Origin: an uncultured Trueperaceae bacterium | GTDB taxonomy: Bacteria; Deinococcota; Deinococci; Deinococcales; Trueperaceae | Assembly (NCBI GenBank): GCA_963815215.1 | Contig: CAWFFU010000003.1 | Location: 1-64,000 of the forward strand | Direction: 5' to 3' | DNA: 64,000 nt | Shown here: piece after piece, positions 19,738 to 28,709 of the stretch | Layout of the letters: every line of letters begins with the position of its first letter | Numbering within the stretch: position 1 is the first letter of the stretch | Notes under the pieces: generated by a model | Database searches by the model: none | What the model saw: only the letters and a program-made list of their open reading frames with translations | What the model was told of the DNA's origin: nothing | Position numbers and translations under genes: made by a program

Positions 19738-20994
19738 TCAGCCGCCCAGACGGAGCACGATGAACGCCTCGTACCAGGCGCCCAGCAAGAGCATCACCAT
19801 TGCGAAGGGCAGCATGGTGGCCAGCTTTCGGAACGCCTGAGGCAGGGCGCCGAGGCCGCGCCGCACCAGCGTGGCGAGGAACATGCCGCCGCCGGCGACC
19901 ACGATGAAGTACGAGCTGAGCTCGATCAGGAGCAGGATCAACACCAGGACCAGCTGGCCCACCGAAGCCGTGCCGATCAGGCCGAACGGGATGCCCTGAA
20001 CGAAGTACGACGCGGCGCTCAGCAGGTAGGCCGGCACGCCGAACAGCAGCGCAAGCGTGAAGGTGACCGACAGCGTGACGACCACGAAGTTCTGGTAGTA
20101 GGTGGTGACGGCCGCCCGGACGATGTCGCCGCTGCCGTACGCCTGGGTGGCCCCAACGCTGGTGACCGCCGTCTTGACGACGCTCACGATGGCGGTCTCG
20201 CACTCCTTGGGGAGCCCTGAGCCGACCAGTGCGCCCAGCGCGAACATGGCGTAGAGGAACACGAAGGTGCCGATGACCAAGCGGCGGTGCTCCCGGATGT
20301 AGCCCCAGCCCTCACGCAGCCAGCGACGCAGTGGGCTGGGGCGCAGCAGACCGAGCAGGATCAGGAGGCTGAAGCCGATGAACAACCACGAGGCCGAGCT
20401 CCCCTGCAGCCAGCTGCGCACGCCGCCGGGCTGCACGGTGGTGCGATAGCCGACGTCGTCGACGGTCCAGGTAGCGCCCTTGCGGCTGAGATCGACCTCC
20501 ACCACATCGAGCTGGTTCCCGGGGCGCACGGCGCTGTAGGTGAAGCGTTTGCGGTTCGGATCCTGGGTGGGCTGTTCCTGGCGGTCGTTGAGGTGGACCT
20601 GCGTGCCCGCCTGGGGCGCCGGATGCGTGATCATGCCGGGTAGAGCCTGGCACAGCTGGCGCGTGTCGAGGGCGGAGAGGTGCTCCAAGGTGACAGGGCT
20701 TCGCTTGAGCCAGGTCCGTACGGCGAGATCGGCCAGTGCGGCGGGGTCGCTGCCCGTCATACCGAGCGCGGACGTCGTTTCCGACGCCACCCCGCTGCCC
20801 GATGCGGGGGCGGCCGTGACGGTGCCGGCGGAAGGCGTGCCGGTGCCGGCGGAAGGCGTGCCGGTGCCGGCGGAAGGCGTGCCGGCGGAGGTGTCCTGGC
20901 CGGCGGCTGTGCCCTGAGCGCCGGCGCTGCCGACGAGCAGGGCCGCGACGACCATCAGGACGAGGAGGGCAGGGGATGAACGGCGCTGGTGCAT
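19738..20994 (-). CDS. Membrane protein with signal peptide, extracytoplasmic domain and SpoIIM-like C-terminus
   Basis: Signal peptide and multiple TM helices with LIELSSY and AWYEAF. Confidence 0.7.
   Translation of the reverse strand: MHQRRSSPALLVLMVVAALLVGSAGAQGTAAGQDTSAGTPSAGTGTPSAGTGTPSAGTVTAAPASGSGVASETTSALGMTGSDPAALADLAVRTWLKRSPVTLEHLSALDTRQLCQALPGMITHPAPQAGTQVHLNDRQEQPTQDPNRKRFTYSAVRPGNQLDVVEVDLSRKGATWTVDDVGYRTTVQPGGVRSWLQGSSASWLFIGFSLLILLGLLRPSPLRRWLREGWGYIREHRRLVIGTFVFLYAMFALGALVGSGLPKECETAIVSVVKTAVTSVGATQAYGSGDIVRAAVTTYYQNFVVVTLSVTFTLALLFGVPAYLLSAASYFVQGIPFGLIGTASVGQLVLVLILLLIELSSYFIVVAGGGMFLATLVRRGLGALPQAFRKLATMLPFAMVMLLLGAWYEAFIVLRLGG
20820..20885. repeat. 21-bp tandem repeat x3 (encodes TPSAGTG)
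   Basis: CGGTGCCGGCGGAAGGCGTGC at 20820, 20841 and 20862. Confidence 0.95.
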
Positions 20995-21135
20995 CGGCAG
21001 GGCTCCATCGGGGGCGCGCTGGGCGCCCGCCGGATCGCGCCAGCAAGCATACCCTAGAGCGGGCGGTAGGCCGAACCGAAGGCGGCGTCGTGACCGGTTC
21101 GGCGCCGGGCGGGAAGCGGTAGACTCGTCTCCGCG

Positions 21136-21630
21136 ATGGCTCGGCCGACGGTGTGGTATCTCAACGCGGCACGGCGGACGGTGCGCGCGGTGGCCCCCTG
21201 GTTGGCGCCGCCCGACGACGCCTTCGCCCGGTCACACCTACCCGCCGCGGAGTTCCGTCTCTACCAGGCCATGGATCCTCGCGACCGGCAGCATGCCTGC
21301 GAGGTCGCCAGGGCGCTGTTGGCCCGCCACCCCGGCGTCACGGACGAACTCGTGCGGGCGGCGTTGCTCCACGACGTCGGCAAGTCGGGGCGCCGCTACC
21401 GTGTGCTCGAGCGCATCCTGGTGCACCTGTTGCCGGAACGGCAGCTCGCCCCCGAGCCGCGCTTGCCGGGCCTGGCCGGGGCGCTCCAGATGAAGCAGCA
21501 CCACCATGCCTACGGCGCGGAGATGATCCGCGCTGCCGGCGGCAGCGAAGGGGTCGCCCGGCTCGTCGCCCACCACCACGTTGCTGGCGGCGAGGCCGAG
21601 CTGTTGCGGCGGATCGATGACGAGACCTGA
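21136..21630 (+). CDS. HD-domain phosphohydrolase
   Basis: DRQHA..LLHDVGK..H..HH..D pattern. Confidence 0.85.
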   Translation: MARPTVWYLNAARRTVRAVAPWLAPPDDAFARSHLPAAEFRLYQAMDPRDRQHACEVARALLARHPGVTDELVRAALLHDVGKSGRRYRVLERILVHLLPERQLAPEPRLPGLAGALQMKQHHHAYGAEMIRAAGGSEGVARLVAHHHVAGGEAELLRRIDDET

Positions 21631-22897
21631 CAGCGGCGACCTTCTGGGCTGGGTGCTCGGGCGTCAGCGCTTCGGCGTTCACCTGGGGTTGGAACGGATG
21701 CGTCAGCTTCTCGACGCGCTCGACCGCCCCGAGCGGGCATACCGGGCGGCACTGGTGGGAGGGACCAACGGCAAGGGGAGCACGGCCGCCGTGCTGGCGG
21801 CGGCCCTGGGGGCCGCCGGCGAGCGCGTGGGGCTCACCACCAGCCCCCACCTGGTGCGCTTCTCGGAGCGCTTCGTGGTCGACGGCGCGCCCGTCCACGA
21901 AGACGCCCTGATCGCCGTGCTGGCCAGCGTGCGCCCCGTCGCAGAACGGCTGGGCGCCACCTTCTTCGAGATCGTCACGGCCACCGCCCTGCTGCTGTTC
22001 GCTGAGGCCGGGGTCGACACCGCGGTGCTGGAGGTGGGGTTGGGCGGGCGCTTCGACGCCAGCAACGTCGTCGACCCGGTTCTGTCGCTGATCACGGGGG
22101 TGGCGCTCGACCACACTGGCGTGTTGGGCGGAACGTTGGAGAAGATCGCCCACGAGAAGGCAGGGATCCTGCGCGCCGGCGTCCCGGCCTGGACCGGTGC
22201 CTCCGGTGAGGCTCTGGCGTGGTTGCAGGCGGACGCTGCCGACCAGGGCGTGGCGCTGCGGGCGTTGGAGCGCGAAGTCGAGATGCGGGTGGTCGAGCGT
22301 GGATGGCAGGGTCTGGAGCTCCGCCTCGCCACGCCATTCGGGTCGGTCGAGGCCGTCACCGCGCTGGTCGGGCGCCACCAGGCGCGCAACGCGGCGCTGG
22401 CGCTGATGGGTGCGGCCGAGCTGGGGGTGCCGCTGGACGTGGCCGCGCGCGGCGCCGCGGAGGCTCGCTGGCCGGGGCGGCTCGAGCGCCTGCGATACAA
22501 CGATCGTTGGCTGGTTCTCGACGGCGCCCACAACCCCGAAGCGGCGGCCGCCCTGGCGAGTGCCCTGACGACCCTGGAGGGGCGGGTGCCGGTGCTGGTG
22601 CTGGGGCTCTCGGCCGACAAGGACGTCGCGGGCGTGGCATCGGCGCTGACCGGCGTGGCCGAGCGGACCATCGCGACGCGCGCGAGCTCGAGCCCACGGT
22701 CCATGGCGCCCGAGGCGCTGGCACCGCTCGTCCGGGCCGACGCCGTGGCCGCTGACCCGCCGGAGGCGCTCCGGCTCGCAACGCGCTGGGCAGGGCCGGA
22801 CGGTACCGTGGTGGTGGCGGGAAGCCTCTTCCTGGTGGGTGAGGTGCGCGCCCTGGCACTCCACCAGAGGCTCGAGGGCAGTGAGCGCTGGCAGTGA
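21617..22897 (+). CDS. folC: Folylpolyglutamate synthase / dihydrofolate synthase
   Basis: GTNGKGST, LEVGLGGRFDASN, WPGRLE, LDGAHN and GSLFLVG motifs. Confidence 0.94.
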   Translation: MTRPDSGDLLGWVLGRQRFGVHLGLERMRQLLDALDRPERAYRAALVGGTNGKGSTAAVLAAALGAAGERVGLTTSPHLVRFSERFVVDGAPVHEDALIAVLASVRPVAERLGATFFEIVTATALLLFAEAGVDTAVLEVGLGGRFDASNVVDPVLSLITGVALDHTGVLGGTLEKIAHEKAGILRAGVPAWTGASGEALAWLQADAADQGVALRALEREVEMRVVERGWQGLELRLATPFGSVEAVTALVGRHQARNAALALMGAAELGVPLDVAARGAAEARWPGRLERLRYNDRWLVLDGAHNPEAAAALASALTTLEGRVPVLVLGLSADKDVAGVASALTGVAERTIATRASSSPRSMAPEALAPLVRADAVAADPPEALRLATRWAGPDGTVVVAGSLFLVGEVRALALHQRLEGSERWQ

Positions 22898-22912
22898 GCG
22901 CTGGCAGTGAGC
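22877..22912. repeat. 13-bp tandem repeat (~2.8 copies) across the folC stop
   Basis: GGCAGTGAGCGCT x2 plus GGCAGTGAGC. Confidence 0.9.
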
Positions 22913-22975
22913 TGCGGTTGTGAGCGCCGGCCGTTAGCGCGGGCAGCTCAGTGGGGCCGCGGCCGCGGCATCCGT

Positions 22976-23623
22976 TCAGCGGACGCGTTCGCGTTCGCGT
23001 CGGAATGCCAGGTAGTGGCGGTAGAGCGCCACCAGCGCCATCGACGCGACCCCTGCGGCGATCTCCCAGGAGACAGCCGCGCCGCGCCCGCGGGCGAGTT
23101 GCGAAGCCAGCACCAGAGCCGGGTAGAGCGCCACCGTGATGACGGCGGCCAGCCCGGACCGGTGGCGCAGCGCCAGGGTCAGGACGAGCAGCACGCCGGC
23201 ACCGAGCAGGCCCCCGAGCGGGTAGAGCGGCAACGAGACCCCGAAGGCGGCGGCGAGCCCCTTGCCGCCACGGAAGCCGATGTACAGCGAGAACGCGTGG
23301 CCGAGGACGGCGCCCAGCCCGGCGGCGAGCGCGGGCAGCAACCAGGTCAAGGGGCCGTTGGGCGCTGTCGGCGACTGTGCCAGCAGTAGCCCGACGCCGG
23401 TCGCCGCGGCGCCCTTGGCGGCGTCGAGAAGCAGGACCAGCGCGCCCAGACCGAAGCCGAGGTTGCGCGCGGTGTTCATGGCGCCCATGTTCCCGGAGCC
23501 GATCTCGAAGATGGTGGCGCCGCGCACGCGCGCGATCCAGGCCGCGAAGGGCAGCGACCCCAGGAGGTAGCCGGCCACCAGCGCTGCGACGACCTCAAGC
23601 ACCGGCGGCTCCCGCGGCGGCAT
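22976..23623 (-). CDS. plsY: Glycerol-3-phosphate acyltransferase PlsY
   Basis: YLLGSLP, GSGNMGAMN, DAAKG and FRGGKG motifs. Confidence 0.92.
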   Translation of the reverse strand: MPPREPPVLEVVAALVAGYLLGSLPFAAWIARVRGATIFEIGSGNMGAMNTARNLGFGLGALVLLLDAAKGAAATGVGLLLAQSPTAPNGPLTWLLPALAAGLGAVLGHAFSLYIGFRGGKGLAAAFGVSLPLYPLGGLLGAGVLLVLTLALRHRSGLAAVITVALYPALVLASQLARGRGAAVSWEIAAGVASMALVALYRHYLAFRRERERVR

Positions 23624-24329
23624 GCCGCGGCGTGGCGAAGGCGTGAAGCTCCCGCACGTGGTAGGTGACGTAGCGCTCGAGCACCCGCCATTGGAGCTCC
23701 CGGTCGACGGGCGGTGTGCGCAGCAGAGCGTGAAGACTGCCGGCGACGAGCCGGCGTAGCTCTGCCGCCCCGTCGGGCCCCAGGCTCATGCCGCGGGCGC
23801 AGGCGCTGCAAGCGAGGCCGCCGCCGGCGACGTCGAGCGCGACCAGCGGACCTTCGGCGCGACACTGCAGGCACACGTCGGTGGAGGGCGCCAGGCCGGC
23901 CAGGCCCAGCAGCTTCCAGGCGTAGGCGAGCGCCACCAGGTCGGGGTCCGGGTGCCGGTTCAGCCCCCGCAGTCCGCTGGCGAGGTAGGCGTAGACTTGC
24001 TCGCCGAGATGGACGTCAACCGTCAGGGCGTCGGTGAGTTCGGCCAGCACGTGGGCATACGGATAGATCTCGGGCTTCGCGAGGTTGGGCAGCGCTCCGT
24101 TGAGGCGCACCTGGGTGAGCAACGCGAGATCGTCCTCGTGCTTGCGGTAGTACTGCACGGTGACGTCGTGGAAGAGACTGAGGCGCCCCAGGTTGCCGCC
24201 CGGCAGGCGGCCCTTGCGGGCGATGCCGCGCCACTTACCGTGCTCGCTCATGAGGGTGGCGACCAGATCGCCGCTCGGCAGGACCTTGCGCCGGATGACG
24301 ATGCCCTCGGTTACGGATGTGCGCCGCAC
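23595..24329 (-). CDS. recO: DNA repair protein RecO
   Basis: OB-fold N-terminus and CxxC..CxxC zinc motif, as in Deinococcus-type RecO. Confidence 0.9.
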   Translation of the reverse strand: MRRTSVTEGIVIRRKVLPSGDLVATLMSEHGKWRGIARKGRLPGGNLGRLSLFHDVTVQYYRKHEDDLALLTQVRLNGALPNLAKPEIYPYAHVLAELTDALTVDVHLGEQVYAYLASGLRGLNRHPDPDLVALAYAWKLLGLAGLAPSTDVCLQCRAEGPLVALDVAGGGLACSACARGMSLGPDGAAELRRLVAGSLHALLRTPPVDRELQWRVLERYVTYHVRELHAFATPRHAAAGAAGA

Positions 24330-24358
24330 GGCTCCAGTCTACGGGGCTAGGCCGCGCT

Positions 24359-24658
24359 TCAGGTGTCGGCGGTCGTTCTCCAGACGACCAGGGCTTCGCC
24401 CTCGACGGCCTGCAGCGTCAGCTCGAGCCCGGCCGGCAGGTGTAGGGCGTCCCCCCGCTCCAGGATCCGGAAATCGCCATGTGGGAGGTCGACGATCAAG
24501 CGGCCCTCGAGCACCAGCAGCCAACTCGCGGCCGACGTCCGTTCCTGGTGCTGCTCGGCCAACCGGCGGACGCTCAGGTCGGTGCCCGGCACCAGCGCGG
24601 GGCGTTGGCCCGAGGCGCGCGCCAACCCCAGCAGGTTGAGGGGCTCGCCGACGCTCAT
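24359..24658 (-). CDS. Small cupin-like hypothetical protein
   Basis: WLLVLEGRL..LERGDALHLPAG cupin pattern; directly downstream of topA. Confidence 0.65.
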   Translation of the reverse strand: MSVGEPLNLLGLARASGQRPALVPGTDLSVRRLAEQHQERTSAASWLLVLEGRLIVDLPHGDFRILERGDALHLPAGLELTLQAVEGEALVVWRTTADT

Positions 24659-24673
24659 GGAGCTGTGTTTCGC

Positions 24674-27610
24674 TCAGACCGGCTCGGCCTGAGGCTCCTG
24701 GTTGCGATGCTTCCCGAAGGCCATGCGCAGCTTGAACATTCCCCGCTTGTGCAGGCGCACGACTTCGTCCTGGCTCACCTGCAAGGCCCTGGAGACGTCC
24801 TCCTGCGGCTGAGCCGGGTAGCCGTTCATGCCCTCGATCCGCGCCACCGCCTCGGCGACCTGCGGGTCGAGCTCTCCCAGGAAGGGAGCGAGGTCGGCGT
24901 TGCTGGCCTTGGGGCGCTTGGTGCCGGCGCTCCTCGAAGCCTTCTTCGCGCGCTTGGCGGTCGCCTTACCCTTCTTGGCAGTGCCTTTGCCCTTGCCGCC
25001 GCCCTTGACGCTCTTGCCGGTCTTGGCCGCGCGCGCGGCCAGCAGCTCGACGGCTTGCTCCAGTGTGACGTCGTCGGGGGAGACGTCGTTGGGCAGCGAG
25101 GCGTTGAGCTTGCCGCTCTTGACGTAGGGTCCGTAGCGCCCGTCGCGTACTTCGATCGCCGTGCCGGCCTCGGGGTGCTCGCCGAGCACCCGGAGAGCCT
25201 TGTTGCGCGAGGCCTTCTTGTGGAGCAACTCGACGGCCTGGTCGAGGGCGACTTCGAGCACGAAGGTGTCCTTGGGGATGGAGGCGTAGACGCCCTGGTG
25301 GCGCACGTACGGCCCGTAACGTCCCACGCCGATCTCGACCGCCGCCCCCGTCTCGGGGTGTTCCCCGATACTCGCCGGCAGCGCCAGCAAGCGCGCGGCA
25401 AGCTCGGCGTGCATGTCGTGCGGGGAGACGCCGGGCGGCAGCGACACGCGCTTGGGCTTGACCTTCTTGTCACCCTTCTTGCCGCCCGTGCCGGCGTCCG
25501 CCGGGACCTCGCCGAGCTGAAGGTAGGGCCCGTAGGGCCCGCGCTTGAGCAGCATCGGCAAGCCCGACGCCGGTTCCTCACCGACGACCACATCGCCCTT
25601 GTTGCCTTCCAGCAGGTACTGCTCGAGCATCTCGCGGGTGACGTCGCCTGGGGCGAGGTCGTCGGGGAGGGAGGAGGTCTTGAGCTCACCCGCCTCGACC
25701 GGCCCCTCCACGTAGGGACCGTAGCGCCCGACCCTCACCACGTACGGGTCCCAGGGCCCATTGTGGATGGTCGAGATCTCGCGCGCGTCGATGCCTTCGA
25801 GGCCTTCGCTGACGCGCGCGTCGATCCCGCCTTCACCAAGGAAGAAGTCGCGCAGGTAGGGCTTCGAGGCCAGCGAGCCGGCCGCGATGTCGTCCAGCGC
25901 CGACTCCATGTTGGCCGTGAATTCCGTGTCGACCAACTGCGAGAACTGCCGCTCGAGCAGGTTGTTGGTGGCGAACGCCATGAAGGTCGGTACCAGCTGG
26001 GAGCCGTTCTTGCGGGCATAACCCCGCCGCATGATGGTGTCGATGATGCTGGCGTAGGTGCTGGGGCGGCCGATACCCTCGCTCTCCAGCAGCTTGACCA
26101 GCGAGGCCTCGGTGAAGCGGGCGGGGGGTTTGGTCTCGTGGCCTTCGGCGGTGACATCGTTCATGCTCAACGCGTCGCCCTGCGCCAGTTCGGGCAGGGG
26201 CTGATCTCGATCGTCCAGGGCGGCGTCGGGATCATCCGAGCCTTCGACGTAGGCACGGAAGAACCCGGGGAACAGGATGGTGCGCCCGCTCGCCCGGAAC
26301 GTGCCTTCGCCCAGCGAGGTGCTTGCGGCGATGCGCGCAGTGACGAACTTCAGGCGCGCGTCCGCCATCTGGGTCGCCAGCGTGCGCTTCCAGACAAGCT
26401 CGTACAGCGCCGCCTGCACGCCTCTCAGGCCGTGCTCCTCGGCGGTGAGCATGGCGCGGCCGGCGGGCCGGATGGCCTCGTGCGCTTCCTGAGCGTTGCG
26501 TGCCGTTCCCTTGAACTGCCGCGGATTCGGGCTGAGGTAGTCGCTGCCGTAGCGCTTTCCGATCGCCTCGCGGCTGCCTTCGATGGCTTCCTGCGAGAGG
26601 TTGGTGGAGTCCGTGCGCATGTAGGTGATGTAGCCGTTCTCGTAGAGCTCCTGCGCTACGCGCATGGTGTCCTTGGCGGCAAGGCTGAGCTTGCGGCTCG
26701 CCTCCTGCTGCAGCGTCGAGGTCGTGAACGGCGCCGAAGGGGAGCGTGTGGAGCTGCGTTCCTCGACCGACGCGACCCGCCAGGCGGCGCTGTGCGCGGC
26801 CTCGGCCAGGCCGCGCGCTCGGGCCTCATCGAGCAGTAGGACGTCCCGCCCGGGCTCGAGGCCGTCTCTCAGGCGGCCGGTCTCGGCGTCGAAGTCACGG
26901 CCGCCGGCCAGGCGGACACCGTCCAAGTGCGTCAGCACCGCGGCGAACGGGCTCGAGTCCTTACGGAGCCTGGCCTGTAGGTCCCAGTAGCCCGAGGGAA
27001 CGAAGCGCATCCGCTCCTTCTCGCGCATCACCAGCAGCCGTACCGCCACGCTCTGCACGCGTCCCGCGGAGAGCTTGGGGGCGATCTTCTTCCACAGTAG
27101 CGGGCTGATGCTGTACCCGACCAGGCGATCGAGCACGCGGCGCGTCTCCTGCGCATCGACCAGGTGCACGTCGATGTCGCGGGTCGCGTCGAGCGCACCC
27201 CGGATGGCGTCCTCGGTGATCTCGTGGAACACCATGCGCTTCACCGGCACGTCGGGCTCGAGCACCTCCACCAGGTGCCAGCCGATCGACTCCCCTTCGC
27301 GATCCTCATCCGTTGCGATGTAGAGCTCGTCGGCGTTCTTCAGTGCCGAGCGCAGGCTACTGACCACGCTCTTCTTGCGAGGCGACACCACGTACAGCGG
27401 CTTGAATCCCTGGTCCACGTCGACGCCGAGGCGAGCCCAGCTCTGCCCCTTGAGCTCCTTGGGGATCTCCGCGGCGGAGGCGGGCAGGTCGCGCACGTGG
27501 CCCATCGAGGCCTCGACCTGGTACTGGGCCGGTAGGAAGCGCCGGATGGTCCGAGCTTTGGTCGGCGATTCCACGATGACGAGGCGTTTGGTCTGTTTCT
27601 GAGCAGTCAA
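24674..27610 (-). CDS. topA: DNA topoisomerase I with four GRYGPY-type C-terminal repeats, a Lys-rich linker and an extra C-terminal HTH domain
   Basis: IVESPTKA, ATDEDREGE, SAGRVQS, ITYMRTDS and GIGRPSTY motifs. Confidence 0.97.
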   Translation of the reverse strand: MTAQKQTKRLVIVESPTKARTIRRFLPAQYQVEASMGHVRDLPASAAEIPKELKGQSWARLGVDVDQGFKPLYVVSPRKKSVVSSLRSALKNADELYIATDEDREGESIGWHLVEVLEPDVPVKRMVFHEITEDAIRGALDATRDIDVHLVDAQETRRVLDRLVGYSISPLLWKKIAPKLSAGRVQSVAVRLLVMREKERMRFVPSGYWDLQARLRKDSSPFAAVLTHLDGVRLAGGRDFDAETGRLRDGLEPGRDVLLLDEARARGLAEAAHSAAWRVASVEERSSTRSPSAPFTTSTLQQEASRKLSLAAKDTMRVAQELYENGYITYMRTDSTNLSQEAIEGSREAIGKRYGSDYLSPNPRQFKGTARNAQEAHEAIRPAGRAMLTAEEHGLRGVQAALYELVWKRTLATQMADARLKFVTARIAASTSLGEGTFRASGRTILFPGFFRAYVEGSDDPDAALDDRDQPLPELAQGDALSMNDVTAEGHETKPPARFTEASLVKLLESEGIGRPSTYASIIDTIMRRGYARKNGSQLVPTFMAFATNNLLERQFSQLVDTEFTANMESALDDIAAGSLASKPYLRDFFLGEGGIDARVSEGLEGIDAREISTIHNGPWDPYVVRVGRYGPYVEGPVEAGELKTSSLPDDLAPGDVTREMLEQYLLEGNKGDVVVGEEPASGLPMLLKRGPYGPYLQLGEVPADAGTGGKKGDKKVKPKRVSLPPGVSPHDMHAELAARLLALPASIGEHPETGAAVEIGVGRYGPYVRHQGVYASIPKDTFVLEVALDQAVELLHKKASRNKALRVLGEHPEAGTAIEVRDGRYGPYVKSGKLNASLPNDVSPDDVTLEQAVELLAARAAKTGKSVKGGGKGKGTAKKGKATAKRAKKASRSAGTKRPKASNADLAPFLGELDPQVAEAVARIEGMNGYPAQPQEDVSRALQVSQDEVVRLHKRGMFKLRMAFGKHRNQEPQAEPV

Positions 27611-27637
27611 TGGGGTTCCACCTTCAAATGCGCCGCC

Positions 27638-27665
27638 ATTATACGGACCGCCCCGCGTCTGTCAA
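27638..27665 (-). promoter_or_regulatory. topA promoter
   Basis: Perfect TTGACA-16 bp-TATAAT followed by GGCGGCG. Confidence 0.8.
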
Positions 27666-27748
27666 CTGTGGCGTGGCCACCGGTCGAGGCCCTGCGGCGC
27701 GCCCGAGGCCGGCGCTGGTCCGCGGCGCGACCGCGCCGGCGGGCCGGA

Positions 27749-28351
27749 TCAGAGCGGGCGGCGGTGGCTGATGGCACGTCCCAGGGTCACCTCGTCGGCG
27801 TACTCGAGGTCGCCCCCCATGGGGAGGCCGTAGGCGATCCGCGAGACCGACACGTCCCGCTCGCCGAGCTGTCGCGCCAGGTACATCGCGGTGGCTTCGC
27901 CCTCGACCGTGGTGGAGGTGGCGAGGATGACCTCGCGGATGTCCGGGCTCCCGGTCCGCTCCATCAGCGCGCCGATGGTGAGCTGGTCCGGCCCGACACC
28001 GTTCATGGGGCTCAACGCGCCGTGGAGCACGTGATACAGACCCTGGTACTCACCGCTTCGTTCGATGGCCAGCACGTCCGCCGGCTGCTCCACCACGCAC
28101 ATCACCGATCGCTCGCGTAGGGAGTCCGAGCACACCGCACAGGACGGCTCTCCCTTGGTCATGACGTTGAAGCAGACCGGGCATCGGTCCAGGAACGCTT
28201 TCGCGTCCCGGATGGAGTCCGCAAGGCGTCGAACGTCCTCCTCGGGCTGGTTGAAGAGGTAGAAGGCCAGGCGCTGAGCGCTCTTGGGGCCGATACCCGG
28301 CAGTCGTCCGAGCTCCCGGATGAGGGTGACCAGCGCCGTCGGGTACTTCAT
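27749..28351 (-). CDS. recR: Recombination mediator RecR
   Basis: LPGIGPKSAQRLA, C4 zinc finger, Toprim domain, GGDLEYADEVTL. Confidence 0.96.
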   Translation of the reverse strand: MKYPTALVTLIRELGRLPGIGPKSAQRLAFYLFNQPEEDVRRLADSIRDAKAFLDRCPVCFNVMTKGEPSCAVCSDSLRERSVMCVVEQPADVLAIERSGEYQGLYHVLHGALSPMNGVGPDQLTIGALMERTGSPDIREVILATSTTVEGEATAMYLARQLGERDVSVSRIAYGLPMGGDLEYADEVTLGRAISHRRPL

Positions 28352-28370
28352 GCTCGCGATGCTCCTGCGA

Positions 28371-28691
28371 TCAGAACGGGCCGCCCATGCCGCCGAGCCC
28401 GGAGAGGCCACCCATGGCGCCGCCGAGCTCCTGCTCCTGCAGCTCCTTGACCTTGCGCTGGGCGTCGTTGATCGCGGCGGTGACGAGATCCTCGAGCATC
28501 TCCAGGTCGTCGGGATCGACGGCCTTGGGGTCGATGTGAACGCGCGTCACGGTGCCGTCGCCGTTGGCGCTGGCCCGCACCATGCCGCCCCCGGCGCTGC
28601 CTTCGACGGCCATGCCGGCGAGGCGTTCCTGCGCCTCGGCCATCTGCTTCTGCGCGCGCTGCGCTTCCTTCATCAGTTTCTGGATGTTCAT
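28371..28691 (-). CDS. ybaB: YbaB/EbfC nucleoid-associated protein
   Basis: AGGGMV..DLEMLEDLVTAAINDA, in dnaX-ybaB-recR synteny. Confidence 0.95.
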   Translation of the reverse strand: MNIQKLMKEAQRAQKQMAEAQERLAGMAVEGSAGGGMVRASANGDGTVTRVHIDPKAVDPDDLEMLEDLVTAAINDAQRKVKELQEQELGGAMGGLSGLGGMGGPF

Positions 28692-28709
28692 ACGTTCTCC
28701 CAGGGCAGT

